Source: Malacoraja senta
Lineage: Eukaryota
Direction of reading: 5' to 3'
DNA: 64,000 nt
Assembly: GCA_038087875.1 (NCBI GenBank)
Contig: CM075991.1
Span: forward strand, 1,612,001 to 1,676,000
A program made the translations under genes and the position numbers. The notes beneath the pieces are model-generated. The model was not told where the DNA came from. It made no database searches and was given only the letters and a program-made list of their open reading frames with translations. Positions 51,140-63,125 of this stretch are shown in pieces (position 1 is the stretch's first letter; each line of letters begins with the position of its first letter).

Positions 51140-54100
51140 AACTTCAGATTTGGTCGACATCACTGCATGAGGTAGGACTGACTTATTGTGCTCCTGTAAT
51201 GATCACGCTCAAGCCGGATGTCCGCCTCCCTGCAGTCCACCAATATCCATTAAAACCAGAGGCAGTGGCAGGAATACAGCAACTGGTACAGTCCCTTTTA
51301 TACCAGGGTATATTGGTGCAGTGTCATTCACCATGTAACACCCCGATCTTCCCGATACCCAAGCTCGGACGCTCAGAGTGGAGGCTAGTACAGGACCTTC
51401 GTGCAATTAATGACATTGTTACGCCAATGCACGCCATCGTACCTAACCCTGCAACTATCCTGAGCCAGGTTCCCGCCTCTGCAACCATCTTCACCGTAAT
51501 TGATCTACAGCATGCATTCTTCGCTGACCCTCTACATCCCGATTGCCAATACCTTTTTGCGTTTACATATGAAGGACAACAATATACGTGGACACGCCTA
51601 CCGCAAGGCTTTGTACATTCACCCATGATATTTTCCCAGTGCTAGCAGACCAGTTAAAGACATTAACCCTCCCGCAAGGCTCAGCTGTAATTCAGTATGT
51701 TGATGACCTGCTCCTCGCCAGCTCTGATGAGGCCAGCAACATCACTGACACAGCAAAGTTATTAGAAGCCTTACACGCTTGGGGGTATGTGATCCCTCAG
51801 AGGAAAGTTTCAGAGGGCAAAAAGGAGGTTAAATTTCTCGGAGTTATGATTAGTGCTACTGAAAGAGCACTCACTCCAGCAAGAGTGGACCCTATTATCC
51901 GATACCCAAAACCAGAAACCCCCAAACAAATGAGAGCCTTTTTGGGGTTAGTGAACTTTTGTCGCCAATGGATTCCCGATGTTGTGCTCTATACAAAGCA
52001 TCTATCACCGCTGGCTTCTGCAAATGCTGATCAACATTTTTCCCTCAATGAGAAACAGGCTGAGGCTTTTATAGCCCTAAAAGATGCATTAGCCTCTGCC
52101 CCAGCCATCAGCAGACCACTATATGATAGGCCATTTCATCTGTATGTTACAATAATCCAAGACTGTGCATCAGCGTACTGACGCAAACACATGGGGATGT
52201 TAAACGACCAGTAGCTTACTTCTCACTTCGCCTGGATGTGGTAGCACGCGGCTACCCCCCTTGCACTCAGATTTTGCCTGGTATACATGCCGCTGTCTCG
52301 GCTGCCGCAAACATAACTATGCATCAACCGGTGATCGTATTTACGACTCATTGTGTCACCGCATTAATGAATGCAGGCCAAACAAAATACCTCTCCCAGG
52401 CACGCCTGGGCCGTTATGAACTGACATTGTTGAATAATCAAAATTTGACCTTTCGGCATTGTTCTACAATAAATCCATCTGCCTTTTTGACAGAGCCACC
52501 TGAGCCTTGCACAGAGCCGCCCCACAATTGTGAGTTGGCCAATGACTTATTGACAAACACACGGGGGGGATTGTCCGACGTACCATTGGAAGGCAACATA
52601 CCAACATGGTTTGTCGATGGGTCCTCCATGATTATTCCTGAAACAGGACAGCGAGCTTCCGGCTATGCAGTAGTAAACGAGTCACAGATGATTTTGGAAG
52701 AAGGAAGATTTCAGATTCCGTTATCAGCACAACAGGCAGAACTATTTGCCTTAACAAGAGCCTGCATATTAGTAACGGACAAACAAATTAATATCGATAC
52801 TGATTCCGGATACGTCTTCGGCGTTGCTCATGACTTTGGCGCTCTCTGGCAACACAGAGGATTCCTGACTTCGGCAGGAACACCCATTAAGAATGCCCTT
52901 TTTGTGCGTAATTTGCTTAATGATGCTACCAGAACAGCTGGTCGTTATTAAATGTGCCGCCCACACTGGTGTTGGGGACCCTATAACCAAAGGCAGTGCA
53001 TTTGCCGATAGTGTAGCCAAACAAGCAGCCTGCGCATCCAAATGCATAGTGACAGCAGGTAAACAGATGCTAGCAAATAGAACGGTCTTGCCAGATATGA
53101 GGGAGGTATGTACATTACAGAGGGACGCCTCTGATAACCAAAAACAACTATGGAAACAAGAGGGCTGTGCTATTGATTCCACCACGGGACTTTGGCTTAC
53201 CCCTCTAGGACAAGTTTGTGTACCTGATGCATTTTTACCTGTCTTGCTAACATATATTCACTCCCTTACACATGCTGGTAAGGAGGGAATGATTAGGATG
53301 GCGAACGAAACATGGTGGCACCCGAAAATTCGGCAAGAGGCACTGAAGCAGGCTTCTGAATGTAAAATCTGCCAACGAAGTAATCCAGGCAAACCGATTA
53401 AGATACCCTCAGGAGTGATGCCAATGCCATCACGACCGTTTGAATGCATACAGATTGATTTTATTGAAATGCCAAGGGCCCATTGCTATAAATATTGCCT
53501 AGTGATTTTAGATTCATTTAGCAGGTGGATTGAAGCTCTACCAACCACTAATAATACTGCTGAAACTACGGTAACATTGTTGTTAAGAGAAGTTATTCCC
53601 AGGTTTGGCCTACCTACTGTCATAAGCTCGGACAATGGTCCCCATTTTATTGCCACTATTAATAAGGAACTATGTGCACATTTTAATATCAGACAGCAGT
53701 TTCACTGTGTACACCACCCACAGGCATCCGGGATGGTGGAAAGAGCCAATGGGGCATTGAAAAACAAAATTACCAAGCTGATGGGAGAAATGTGACAGAC
53801 ATGGATTAAAGTATTACTCTTAGCATTATTTGAAATGAGGGTAACGCCCCATAGTGCTACGAAGCTATCCCCAGCAGAAATTATCTATGGTAAACCTCTA
53901 CGAACCCCCTGGGGAGCAAGCATCACTTATGAAGGAACCCTAGATTTACACGCATTAAACGATGAAATGATAACCTATGTTCAGAGGCTCACCCATATTC
54001 TGTCAGCATTACATCTACAGGTAAAGGAGTCCCAGAGGCCGGTACCTGACGGTGACCAGAGCGAAATAGTCCAACCAGGGGACTATGTACTTATAAGAAA

Positions 54101-54305
54101 TTGGGACCGTAAGAAACTTGATGCCTGGTGGAATGGACCATACCAAGTGTTGCTGACTACACCAACGGCTGTGAAGGTTGAGAACCATCCTCGCTGGATA
54201 CATCTTACAGACTGTAAGAAAATTGGACTTGAACAAAAAGGACATGGCACAGACACTTCCAATTCTGTTGCTTGTCCTGGGAATGGCCCAGATGACCTGG
54301 ATTAA
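51140..54305 (+). pseudogene. pol: Pol: RT, RNase H, integrase; several frameshifts and a stop at 53793-53795
   Basis: RT: QYPL, WRLVQDLR, LPQGF, YVDD. RNase H: WFVDGS, SAQQAEL, TDS. Integrase: HSLTH/CKIC, QIDF, SDNG, VERAN, GPY. Confidence 0.95.
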
Positions 54306-55465
54306 TACCTTTTTGTCTATGAGTTATGAATTTGCTCGTAGGGGGAATGGCAGTGACTGTTGGGTGTGCACTTCTGTTCACCACAACAGTGCGGAAGGTG
54401 TACCGCTACTGCCAATACCCCTGAATCTAACTGAACGGCTGGCCCTACTCTGTTTTCGCAACGCTACAGCATCTAGTAGGTGCCGAGTGATCAACCACGG
54501 GTAAATGGGACCCGTAGGTATGGGGGACTTATATATGATAATTTTAAAGGATAGTACACCCCCCCCATTTAAACCAGGGTGGAAGGTGAATGAAACTAAG
54601 GTATGGAAGATACCCCGGATGAGAATAATAAGCGATCCTCGTATATTATCAAATGCCTCATGTCATTGCAACTACCTAGAAAAGGGTTTATATTTGGGAA
54701 ACAGCTCATGCACTACAATCTCGCCTCAGGGACCACCACGATCAGTAAATGGAACATACTTTGTGTGTGGGTCATGAGCATATCCGTGGCTGCCAGGGAT
54801 GCCACTGGAAGACCACAGCAATTGGGAAAGGAAGTGGGGAAAGAACTACCGCTGGAATGGGTGCTGCTATATAGCCTATGTTGTTCCCTATATGAGGATG
54901 GTCCAGGATCTTACACAAGTAGATAAAACCACAAGTCAAAAGGGGTATCTCGGAAACTGAGAGGTATAGGATGATCATTTCCCCCCCGTATGGTGTAGCT
55001 AGAGCCGCTAAGGAATTAAAAAATATGGCATCGGCTATGGAAACTTTAGCTAATTCCACTGCACAGGCTTTTATGGATGTACGGCAATCCATTCAGGACA
55101 TCACTGCTGAAATGGTGGCGATGAGAGTAGTAGTCCTCCAGAACCGAATGGCATTAGATTTTATTCTAGCAGAGAAAGGGAGTACTTGTGCTATTATAGG
55201 GCGCGAATGTTGCATTTACATTCCCGATGAATCCTCTAACATTACAGATTTAGCAGCACATATCACCAGAGAAATAAAGAAGATTACAGAGGTTGGGGAA
55301 GAAATGCATAACATTAATAAAGGTGGAGAATGTTGGCCATTTAGCATGTTTGGAGGAATATGGGGAATGATAATTCACTATGGATCTTTTGTACTGTTGA
55401 TTGTTGTATTAATCTATGTACTGAAATGCTTGAAGCCTTTAGTATGTACTAACCAAGGACTGTAG
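54244..55465 (+). pseudogene. env: Gamma-type Env; stops at 54502 and 54775, frameshift near 54925
   Basis: Signal peptide MAQTLPILLLVLG, SU CWVC, QVKR cleavage-like site, ISD LQNRMALDFILA, CX6CC (CAIIGRECC), TM anchor. Confidence 0.92.
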
Positions 55466-55483
55466 TGTTATCATTCATATGAT

Positions 55484-55496
55484 AAATAGGAGGGAA
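55484..55496 (+). promoter_or_regulatory. Polypurine tract
   Basis: AAATAGGAGGGAA directly before the 3' LTR. Confidence 0.85.
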
Positions 55497-56234
55497 TGAT
55501 AATATCCTAGTTAATAATGACATATTTTATAATTAGAATGGATTAAGTAAAATATTAGCTTGCGTGTCGCCTGAGTATAACCCAGCTTTTTCTGGGTGCT
55601 GAAATAAGCTGACGTTTGCAGAAATGTGGGAATCAGGAAATTGGAGGCCAGCTTTCAAACTGCCATTCAAGCTGGTTCCTGTTATGTGTCACGTAGAACA
55701 CCATTCACAATGGTGAGAGGGGATATACTTCCTGGGAAGGTTCAGGCTTCTGTTTACGGAAGCCTTGAGAGAGGATGAGCTTCTTGAGAAATTGGTATTC
55801 TCTGCTAACATGAATTTCTGTGGGTAGCTGACATTCCGAGATTGTATTGTTAAGACAGAATTGTAATGGTTGTGTTTCTTGACTAACTTCCTGCTTTTGA
55901 ATGTTTGGGATCAACAGTTTTATTATTGAAAGAAGCAATTGATGGCAAGACTATTGTATTAGTGACAAGTATACTTTGAATGGGTAGAGCTGTGATTGAT
56001 TTGTATTAAACATCATTGCTGCCATTCTGTATGAAATTGTGACTATGTTTCCAAAATAGTATAAAAAAGCTGTATGTCTTCATTCATTAGAGTGTTAGCC
56101 CAGGGAGAGCCAAGTATCGGCGGTTTACCTGGCTTTGTATCTCCTAACACTTTCGCCGGCTCAAAGATCAGTAAAGCTTGTTGGTTTTACCTAACTTATT
56201 GTGAGTTGTCTGTTTTAAGAAATGAACTTTAACA
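55497..56234 (+). repeat. 3' LTR (738 bp)
   Basis: Direct repeat of the 5' LTR; manual count of about 22 substitutions and 3 small indels. Confidence 0.97.
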
Positions 56235-56645
56235 AACAACTCATTTCATTTCCATTTCAAGCACAGAGCAAGGCCAACAACTAATTTCATTTCCATTTCA
56301 AGCACATTGCAAGGCCACCAACTCATTTCATTTCCATTTAAAGCGCAGTGCAAGGTCAACAACTCATTTTATTTCAATTTCAAGCACAGTGCAAGGCCAA
56401 CAACTCATTTCATTTCCATTTCAAGCACAATGCAAGATCAACAACTCATTTCATTTCCATTTCAAGCACACTGCAAGACCAACAACTCATTTCATTTCCA
56501 TTTCAAGCACAGTGCAAGGTCAACAAATCATTCCATTTGCATTTCAAGCACAGTGCAAGGCCATCAACTCATTTAATTTCCATTTCAAGCACAGTGCCAG
56601 GCCAGGTACTCATTTAATTTCCCTTTCAAACACAGTGCAAGGCCA
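56235..56645. repeat. 41-bp satellite, middle block
   Basis: Same consensus, resuming in phase after the provirus. Confidence 0.97.
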
Positions 56646-57463
56646 GGATTACTGCAGCGGCCCCTACAGCCCGTCTGTCTTTTTTTTTATTTTTGTCTAG
56701 TTAAATGTAGTTGTTTGTGTTTTTTTTGTACTGTTTTAATTGTGTATATGTGGGGGGCGGGGGGGGGGGAGGGGGAAACTTTAAAAATCTCTTCCCTGCA
56801 CGGGAGACCCGACCTTTTCCCTGTCGGGTCTCCGTTGTCGTTGGGGCCTAGCTCCGTGGAGCGGCCTCCGACCGGGACGACCTGGGGGCTCCAGTCGCGG
56901 AGCCTGTGGAGCTGCGGACTCACCATCGTGGGGCTGGCCGGCCTCGGAGCGCGGGGAGCGGTGGTGGCTCGTTGCTGCGGCCCGACTCCGGAGCTCCAGC
57001 TGCAGCTGCAGACCTGTGGACTGTGATATCGGGAGTTCGCGGGTCCGGGTGAGAGACCGCTTTCCGGAGCTCCCGCAACGCAACTTCTCCAGCTCGAGTC
57101 GCGGGGTTGGAACGACCGGAGCGGGGCCGTAAATCCAGCGCCCGCCGGGGGCTCCAACTTTGTGACTTTTGGGCCCGGAGCGAGGCAGTACACCGCCCGG
57201 CGGGGCCTCAACGGCCGTGGGACTTAACATTGCCCGCCTGGGGCTTCAACATCGGGAGAAAAATGGTGCAGGGGAGAGAAAAGACTTTGCCTTCCATCAC
57301 AGTGAGGAGGAGATTCACTGTGATGGATGTTTTTCTGTAAATTGAATTGTTTGTGTGTCTTGTAGGAATTGTTTTGTTTGTATGGCTGTGGAAACAGAGT
57401 TTCGTTTGAGCCTCTTTGAGGTTCAAATGACAAGAAATAAATCAAATCAAATCAAATCAAATC
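56646..57463 (+). mobile_element. Non-coding non-LTR retroposon (SINE or LINE 3' end) with a (TCAAA)n tail, inserted in the satellite
   Basis: Ends AATAAA(TCAAA)n and splits GGCCA|ACAACTC. Related T-rich/G-run/GC-rich segments occur at 60710-61030 and 63600-64000. Confidence 0.7.
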
Positions 57464-58435
57464 ACAACTCATTTCATTTCCATTTCGAGCACAGTGCAAG
57501 GCCAACAACTCATTTCATTTCCATTTCAAGCACAATGCAAGGCCATCAACTCATTTCATTTCCATTTCAAGCACAGTGCCAGGCCAACAACTCATTTCAT
57601 TTCCCTTTCAAGCACAGTGCAAGGTCAACAACTCATTTAATTTCCATTTCAAGCACAGTGCAAGGCCAACTCATTTCATTTCCATTTCAACTTCAGTGCA
57701 AGGCCACCAACTCATTTCAATTCTATTTCAAGCTCAGTGCAATGCCAACAACTCATTTCATTCCCATTTCAAGCACAATGCAAGATCAACAACTCATTTC
57801 ATTTCCATTTCAAGCTCACTGCAAGACCAACAACTCATTTCATTTCCATTTCAAGCACAATGCAAGGTCAACAAATCATTCGATTTGCATTTCAAGCACA
57901 GTGCAAGGCCATCAACTCATTTAATTTCCATTTCAAGCACAGTGCCAGGCCAGGTACTCATTTAATTTCCCTTTCAAACACAGTGCAAGGCCAACAACTC
58001 ATTTCATTTCCATTTCGAGCACAGTGCAAGGCCAACAACTCATTTCATTTCCATTTCAAGCACAATGCAAGGCCATCAACTCATTTCATTTCCATTTCAA
58101 GCACAGTGCCAGGCCAACAACTCATTTCATTTCCCTTTCAACTTCAGTGCAAGGCCACCAACTCATTTCAATTCTATTTCAAGCTCAGTGCAATGCCAAC
58201 AACTCGTTTTATTTCCATTTCAAGCAAAGTGCAAGGCCAACAACTCATTTAATTTCCATTTCATGTTCAGTGCAAGGCCAACAACTCATTTAATTTCCAT
58301 TTCAAGCTCAGTGCAAGGCCAACCACTCATTTTATTTCCTTTTGCAGCACAGTGCAAGGCCAACATCTCATTTCATTTCCATTTCTCGCACAGTGCAAGG
58401 CCAACAACTCATTTCATTTCCATTTCAAGCACAGT
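57464..58435. repeat. 41-bp satellite, right block
   Basis: Same consensus. Confidence 0.97.
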
Positions 58436-59052
58436 GGTCAATACAGAAATGGTCTTGTCAACACATCCTTTCTGCCCATCTCCCATATACCTGCCCATTT
58501 CACATTATTGAGGTAGCCAGGCACAATTGTGGCAACCTCATGGAAATCCTCTTGACTCTGCCAATGCCCATTTTGCGATCCTTTGCCCTTTTCCAACCAA
58601 TTCTCCCCCTTTCCAATAATTACGTTTCCCTCGTTCAGATAGCTTGCCATTTTTGCTCCAACTGTAAGGTGAAGCTGTGAGTGCAAAGATGGCCTGATCC
58701 ATTGCCGCAGAACTAATCAATACTGCTCTTTGTTATCGGCTTTGGTATCGATATTGTTGTCGGGTTATTATCGACATGTATACCGAAACATTGTGAAATA
58801 TTGTGCTTCATGTACTATCCTGGCAGATCATACATTATGTGAGTACAACAGGTACTGCAAAGATAAAATATATATGGAAGAATATAGTGTTACAGCGCCA
58901 AGGAAACATTTGATAAAAATGAGCAAGTTTATGCAACTATGAAGTTATGACCGAGAACTGGCTTTCACTCCTCTCACCATTGTGTTCTCTTTTGTAAAGG
59001 ATTTACAATCTCATTGATTCTTCCTTCCGTCATCTGATCATTATAAATGTTA

Positions 59053-60181
59053 CTAGACCAAATGTTACTAGACCAACGCAGGAGGGGGGGGGGGGGCTGC
59101 AGCGTCACAGGTGTGCACTTCTGGGTGTGCACTTGCATTGGTCCCAGAATGCAAGATTCAACCGCTCACCGATAGGTCCCAATACTCACAACTCCATAGG
59201 GAGGGAGGGGTAGTAGAGCGCGGGGGGGGGGGGGGGGGGAGGGGGTGGGGGGGAGAGGGAGGGGGTAGAGAGTGAGGGGGAAGAGAGATGGAGCGGTGGC
59301 AGAGAGGGAGGGGGCGTAAAGAGCGAGGGGGAGGGGAGTGGGGTAGAGGGAGGGGGTAGAGAGGGAGGGGGTAGAGAGGGAGGGGGTAGAGAGGGAGAGG
59401 GGCAGGGAGGGAGGAGGTAAAGACCCTACCGCATCTCCCTCCTCATTTCCTTCCCCTCACTCCCATTCCCTGCCCCAGGACCTACCCAGGTCGTACAGCA
59501 GCGCCAGGGCCTGGACCTCGGCCTGGTTCTCGTACTTGACCCGGCCCTGGCTGTAGACCCAGGCTCGTCCGTGGCTCCAACGGCAGCCGCCAGCTGCCAG
59601 CTCGGCCGCCGCCTAGGCTCCAGTGCAGGTTCCGACTTCACCGTCCCTGACCCTGAACCCAGGCTCGTCCTCGGTTCCACCGGCGGCTTTTTTCTCGGCC
59701 CCGGTCACGGCCCCATCGCAAGCCGTGGGCTCGGCGCTCATTCCAACTCTTGGCTCGGCTCCAGCCCAAGCCCAGTCGCCGGGCTCGGCCCGCAGCAGCA
59801 GCAGCCTCGCCACCATGCACCGGGCTGCAGCGGCCGCCACTCCTCATTCACCGTGAGCGCTGGAGTGGCCCTCCATCCCGGAATGTCCCGTCCTGCCTTG
59901 CGTGTGCATTATGACGTCAGTCGGATTTTTTTCCCTCAAAATGTGTGAGTTTGGGCTGTTTTTAAAATTTCAACTATCAAAAAGTTCAGAAATTATAGGT
60001 GGAAATGCGACAGGAAGACCCTTATCGCCTCCAGGGGGGAAATGTGAGTAGGACGTGTGTATATGGGAAGGCTGTGGCCTAGCCTTCGGAAGAAAATTGG
60101 ATTGAACCAGATTGTGCCCAGATGACATACACACACACATATACATATACACAAACAAGAGAATAGTTTTAGTAATATAGA
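59053..60181 (-). mobile_element. Non-autonomous Helitron-like element with both termini
   Basis: Minus strand A|TCTATATTACTAAAAC at 60181 and TGGTCTAG|T at 59053. The 3' end is locally duplicated (15 bp) and the hairpin is deleted. Confidence 0.7.
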
Positions 60182-60414
60182 TTCCGAGAGCACCTCCCAA
60201 TTCCAAGGAGGACAGGAGAGGTAGGAATTGGGGCAAATGTAGGTTCCTCCCACCTCGTACCCTATCTTGACTTGGAGATTCGTCTTTGTTCCTTCTTCGG
60301 CGCTGGATCTAAATAAACTAGATCTCTAAACTATAAACAGCCTGGAAATATGCCCTTTTGTCCAGTGAGTCCGTGACGACCAGCGATCGCCTATACCATC
60401 TATATCCTGTCAGT

Positions 60415-60600
60415 CGGGACAATTTACCGACAAACCTTTACGTCGTTGGAACGTGGGAGAATACCGGAGCACCCGCATAAAACCCATGTGGTCACAGGAA
60501 GAACGTGCAAACTCCGTACGAACAGCACTCGTAGTCAGGATCGAATCCATGTCTCTGGCGCTAGTTGAAAGCAACTCTTCCGCAGCGCCACTGCGCCGCC
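60415..60600 (-). mobile_element. tRNA-derived SINE
   Basis: Minus strand GGCGGCGCAGTGGCGCTGCGG (A box) and GGATTCGATCC (B box). Confidence 0.75.
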
Positions 60601-60709
60601 TCATTTCACCTCATTCTAGATTGTACCTCTACCCTTTTTCTGATTGTAGCTATACTTTATTCTTCTTATTCACGTTCGGTATTCAGCTGAGGATCAGCTC
60701 TTGCTACTA

Positions 60710-61030
60710 AATCGGATGGTAAAGTCCGCAGGCCACGGTTGGAGCATTGATCCCAGGCAAGGGATCAACTTGCCACGCCCCGCGGTGGGGCTCGGTCGGT
60801 CCCGAGGAGGCCTCTAGCTCCAAGATATTAGGCCGCAGAGCGACCGGAGATACAACCTGGAGAATAATCGCATTTCCGGCAGGGTAATAGATTTTTAAAA
60901 AATCCCCCAAATCCCCCCCCCCTCCCCCACATAAAACAAACGAGAGAACATTAAAACAAACTTTCAAAACACACTAGAAAATAACGAAAAAAGACGAAAA
61001 AACAGACAGACTGATGGCGAGGCTGCCAAT
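60710..61030 (-). mobile_element. Fragment of the non-coding retroposon family also seen at 56646 and 63600
   Basis: Reverse complement gives GGCAGCC...CAGTCTGTCTG, a T-rich tract and TATGTGGGGG, as at 63625-63730. Confidence 0.55.
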
Positions 61031-61035
61031 CGTAC

Positions 61036-61425
61036 ATTCAACAAGGATGGCTATACCACCCACTCCCCTGGGGTATTTGCCCCTGAAACCGCAGGAGATG
61101 CAACACGTGCCTTTATACCTCCTCCCTAGACTCGATGCAGGTACCCCGAAAGTCCTTCAGGTGAAACAGAGGATCACATGTACTTCCTCTAACCACAACT
61201 ACTGCATCCAGTGTTCCCGATGCGAAATTCTGTACATCAGTGAGACTAAATGTAGACCCCGCGACCGTTTCGCTGAACACACGCAGAGGCCGACGGGATC
61301 CCCGGTTGCCAACTCCCCTTCCCATTCCCATTCCCATACTACCCTTTCTGCCCTGAGCCTCATCCATTGCCCGAGTGAGTCAACGCGCAAATAAGCAAGT
61401 TCGGTATTCCGACTGCGCTTGCCCA
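61036..61425 (+). mobile_element. Penelope-like element fragment, GIY-YIG endonuclease
   Basis: TCTSSNHNYCIQCSRCEILYISETKCRPRDRFAEH. Confidence 0.8.
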
Positions 61426-61882
61426 GGTCATAGGTCACAAGCGAAAAACAGTCTCAGCAAAGGTGGTGCTGCATTGTGTGCAGGCTTGCGTTTCGTCCGT
61501 GGTCGGGGTCGAGCCCGGCTCTCTGTCGCTGCGGGTGCTGTTGAGTTGCTGTTAGTCCGTCCTCTTCCCCTCCCCGGAGTCCCGTCCCTGTCCGGGATGG
61601 CCCTGAGCTGGCAGGGCGGCCCCGGACATGCAGCTCTGCCTGGCCCGCCGGGTTAGCCGGCAGCCCTCCACCGCCACCCCCTCTGCTCAGTCCGACACCG
61701 AGATCCTGCTGAAAATGGGTTGCCGCCGGACCTGCTCGGAGACGGGCTACTCGGAGCCGCTGCTGCTGGAGTCGCCCTGGTCGGAAAGAGGGCGCCTGCT
61801 GGAGCTGCTGGTGCTGTTGGTGGTGCTGGCGGCAGCAGCAACCTCCCCTCCCCTTACCCAGCCCCAAGCCCAGAGTCTTGGC

Positions 61883-61904
61883 CAAAAATCCTATAGGATC
61901 TTTG
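61883..61904. mobile_element. 22-bp palindromic hAT-type micro-element
   Basis: CAAAAATCCTATAGGATCTTTG flanked by a perfect GTCTTGGC 8-bp duplication. Confidence 0.75.
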
Positions 61905-62739
61905 GTCTTGGCCAGCTCCAACTCCAGGTCGAGGCTGAAGGCTGCCCGCAGCACAGTCGAGCGCCGGGACGGAGGAGGCCGAGCCCAGTCTGGCGCTCTG
62001 GCGCAGGCGTGGCCGGGGTCCTCACTCCTCCTCGGGGTTGTGCATGATGTGGCAGGGGGCACCGTAGGGATAGAAGCCAGTGGTGTGCAAGGTGCATCAC
62101 GGCTCCGTCTTGTAGTTGGGGTGGCGGCTGAGGGAGTACAGCTCGGCCAGGCCGTGGGCGAACTGGCACTTGACCCCGTAGCGGACAATCGGGGAGCGGG
62201 TTCCTCTAGAGTTGGAGCGGGGTTGGGCTGGAGTTGGACGGGCTTCTTCTCTGCGCTGGCTGTGGGCCTGGGGCCAGTGTCATTGGTCCGGGCTGTCGGT
62301 TGGCCGGGCGGGTGAGCTGGGGTTGGCGCTTCTCTGCGCTGGGTGGTGGTATCCCGTCGGTCTGTACATCTCCAGCCGCCCCCTGGGCGGGGATGGGACA
62401 CTTGAGTGGGGGGGGGGGGGGGTTGGGGGGGCGAGGGGCGAGGATGGTCCAGTGGCGGTTCGACAGCACATGCGGAGCCAGGGAGACGTGTTCGATCCTG
62501 GCTGCGGATCTGTGTGCGTGCAACTGCCGAGAGCCGGTCCAGTGCCCCCCGTCCCCCCGTCCCCCACTCGTATCTGTCCCCTCTATCTGCCCCCTGACAA
62601 ATACAAACTTGAAAAAAGACAACAATTCGGACCCAAACTATACTCACTGTATCTACAGCGCTTCGTTCGATATTTATTTATAGCGTTTGACCTTTGGCAA
62701 ATCTCATGATCCCTTGCGGTTTCCGGAATACCGAACCGG

Positions 62740-63125
62740 CTTAAGAACAGCGCTTCATATTTCGCTTGGGCAGCTTACAACCCAGCGGTATGAATGTTGA
62801 ATTCTCTAATTTTAGGTAACTTCTACTAATATTCCTTTTCACTCCCTTGCGCCCTTCTCCCCCCCCCCGCCCCCCTAGTCGTTTCACTCGTTCCACAGTT
62901 CAAACCATTGTAACCTTCTCAAGATCACACCTTCCCCAAACAACAATAGGTCTGATAGGTCTAACAGGGCATTTGTGGCCGGCCCTGATTGATCCTGGTC
63001 TTTTCTCGCCTCCTGTTCTTCACCCCCTCCCCCACCCCCTACTTTCAGTCTGAAGATGGGGCCCGATCCGAGCCGTCACCCATCTGAATATAATACCGTA
63101 TAAGCCAGCATCTGCAGCTGTTTTT
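62740..63125 (+). mobile_element. Penelope-like C-terminus and 3' tail
   Basis: Translates to IFRLGSLQPSGMNVEF, followed by a CTGAAGA...CCCGATCCGA...CGTCACC tail. An antisense copy of the tail lies at 63470-63555. Confidence 0.65.

Larger units (their letters stand above)
47145..56234 (+). mobile_element. Full-length endogenous retrovirus (class I, gamma/epsilon-related), decayed
   Basis: Two TG...CA LTRs, AACA target duplication (47141-47144 and 56235-56238), PBS, gag-pro-pol-env order, PPT. Confidence 0.97.

Noticed and set aside
32601..58435. CRISPR-like array or coding ORFs (QGQQLISFPFQAQCKANNSFHFHFKHSARPTTH) in the 41-bp repeat
   Set aside because: Units are contiguous with no unique spacers and there are no cas genes. 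The ORFs are read-through of a stop-poor monomer.
59426..62709. GC-rich overlapping ORFs as host genes
   Set aside because: Open on both strands because of GC content, lie within repeats, and show no domain or splice support.
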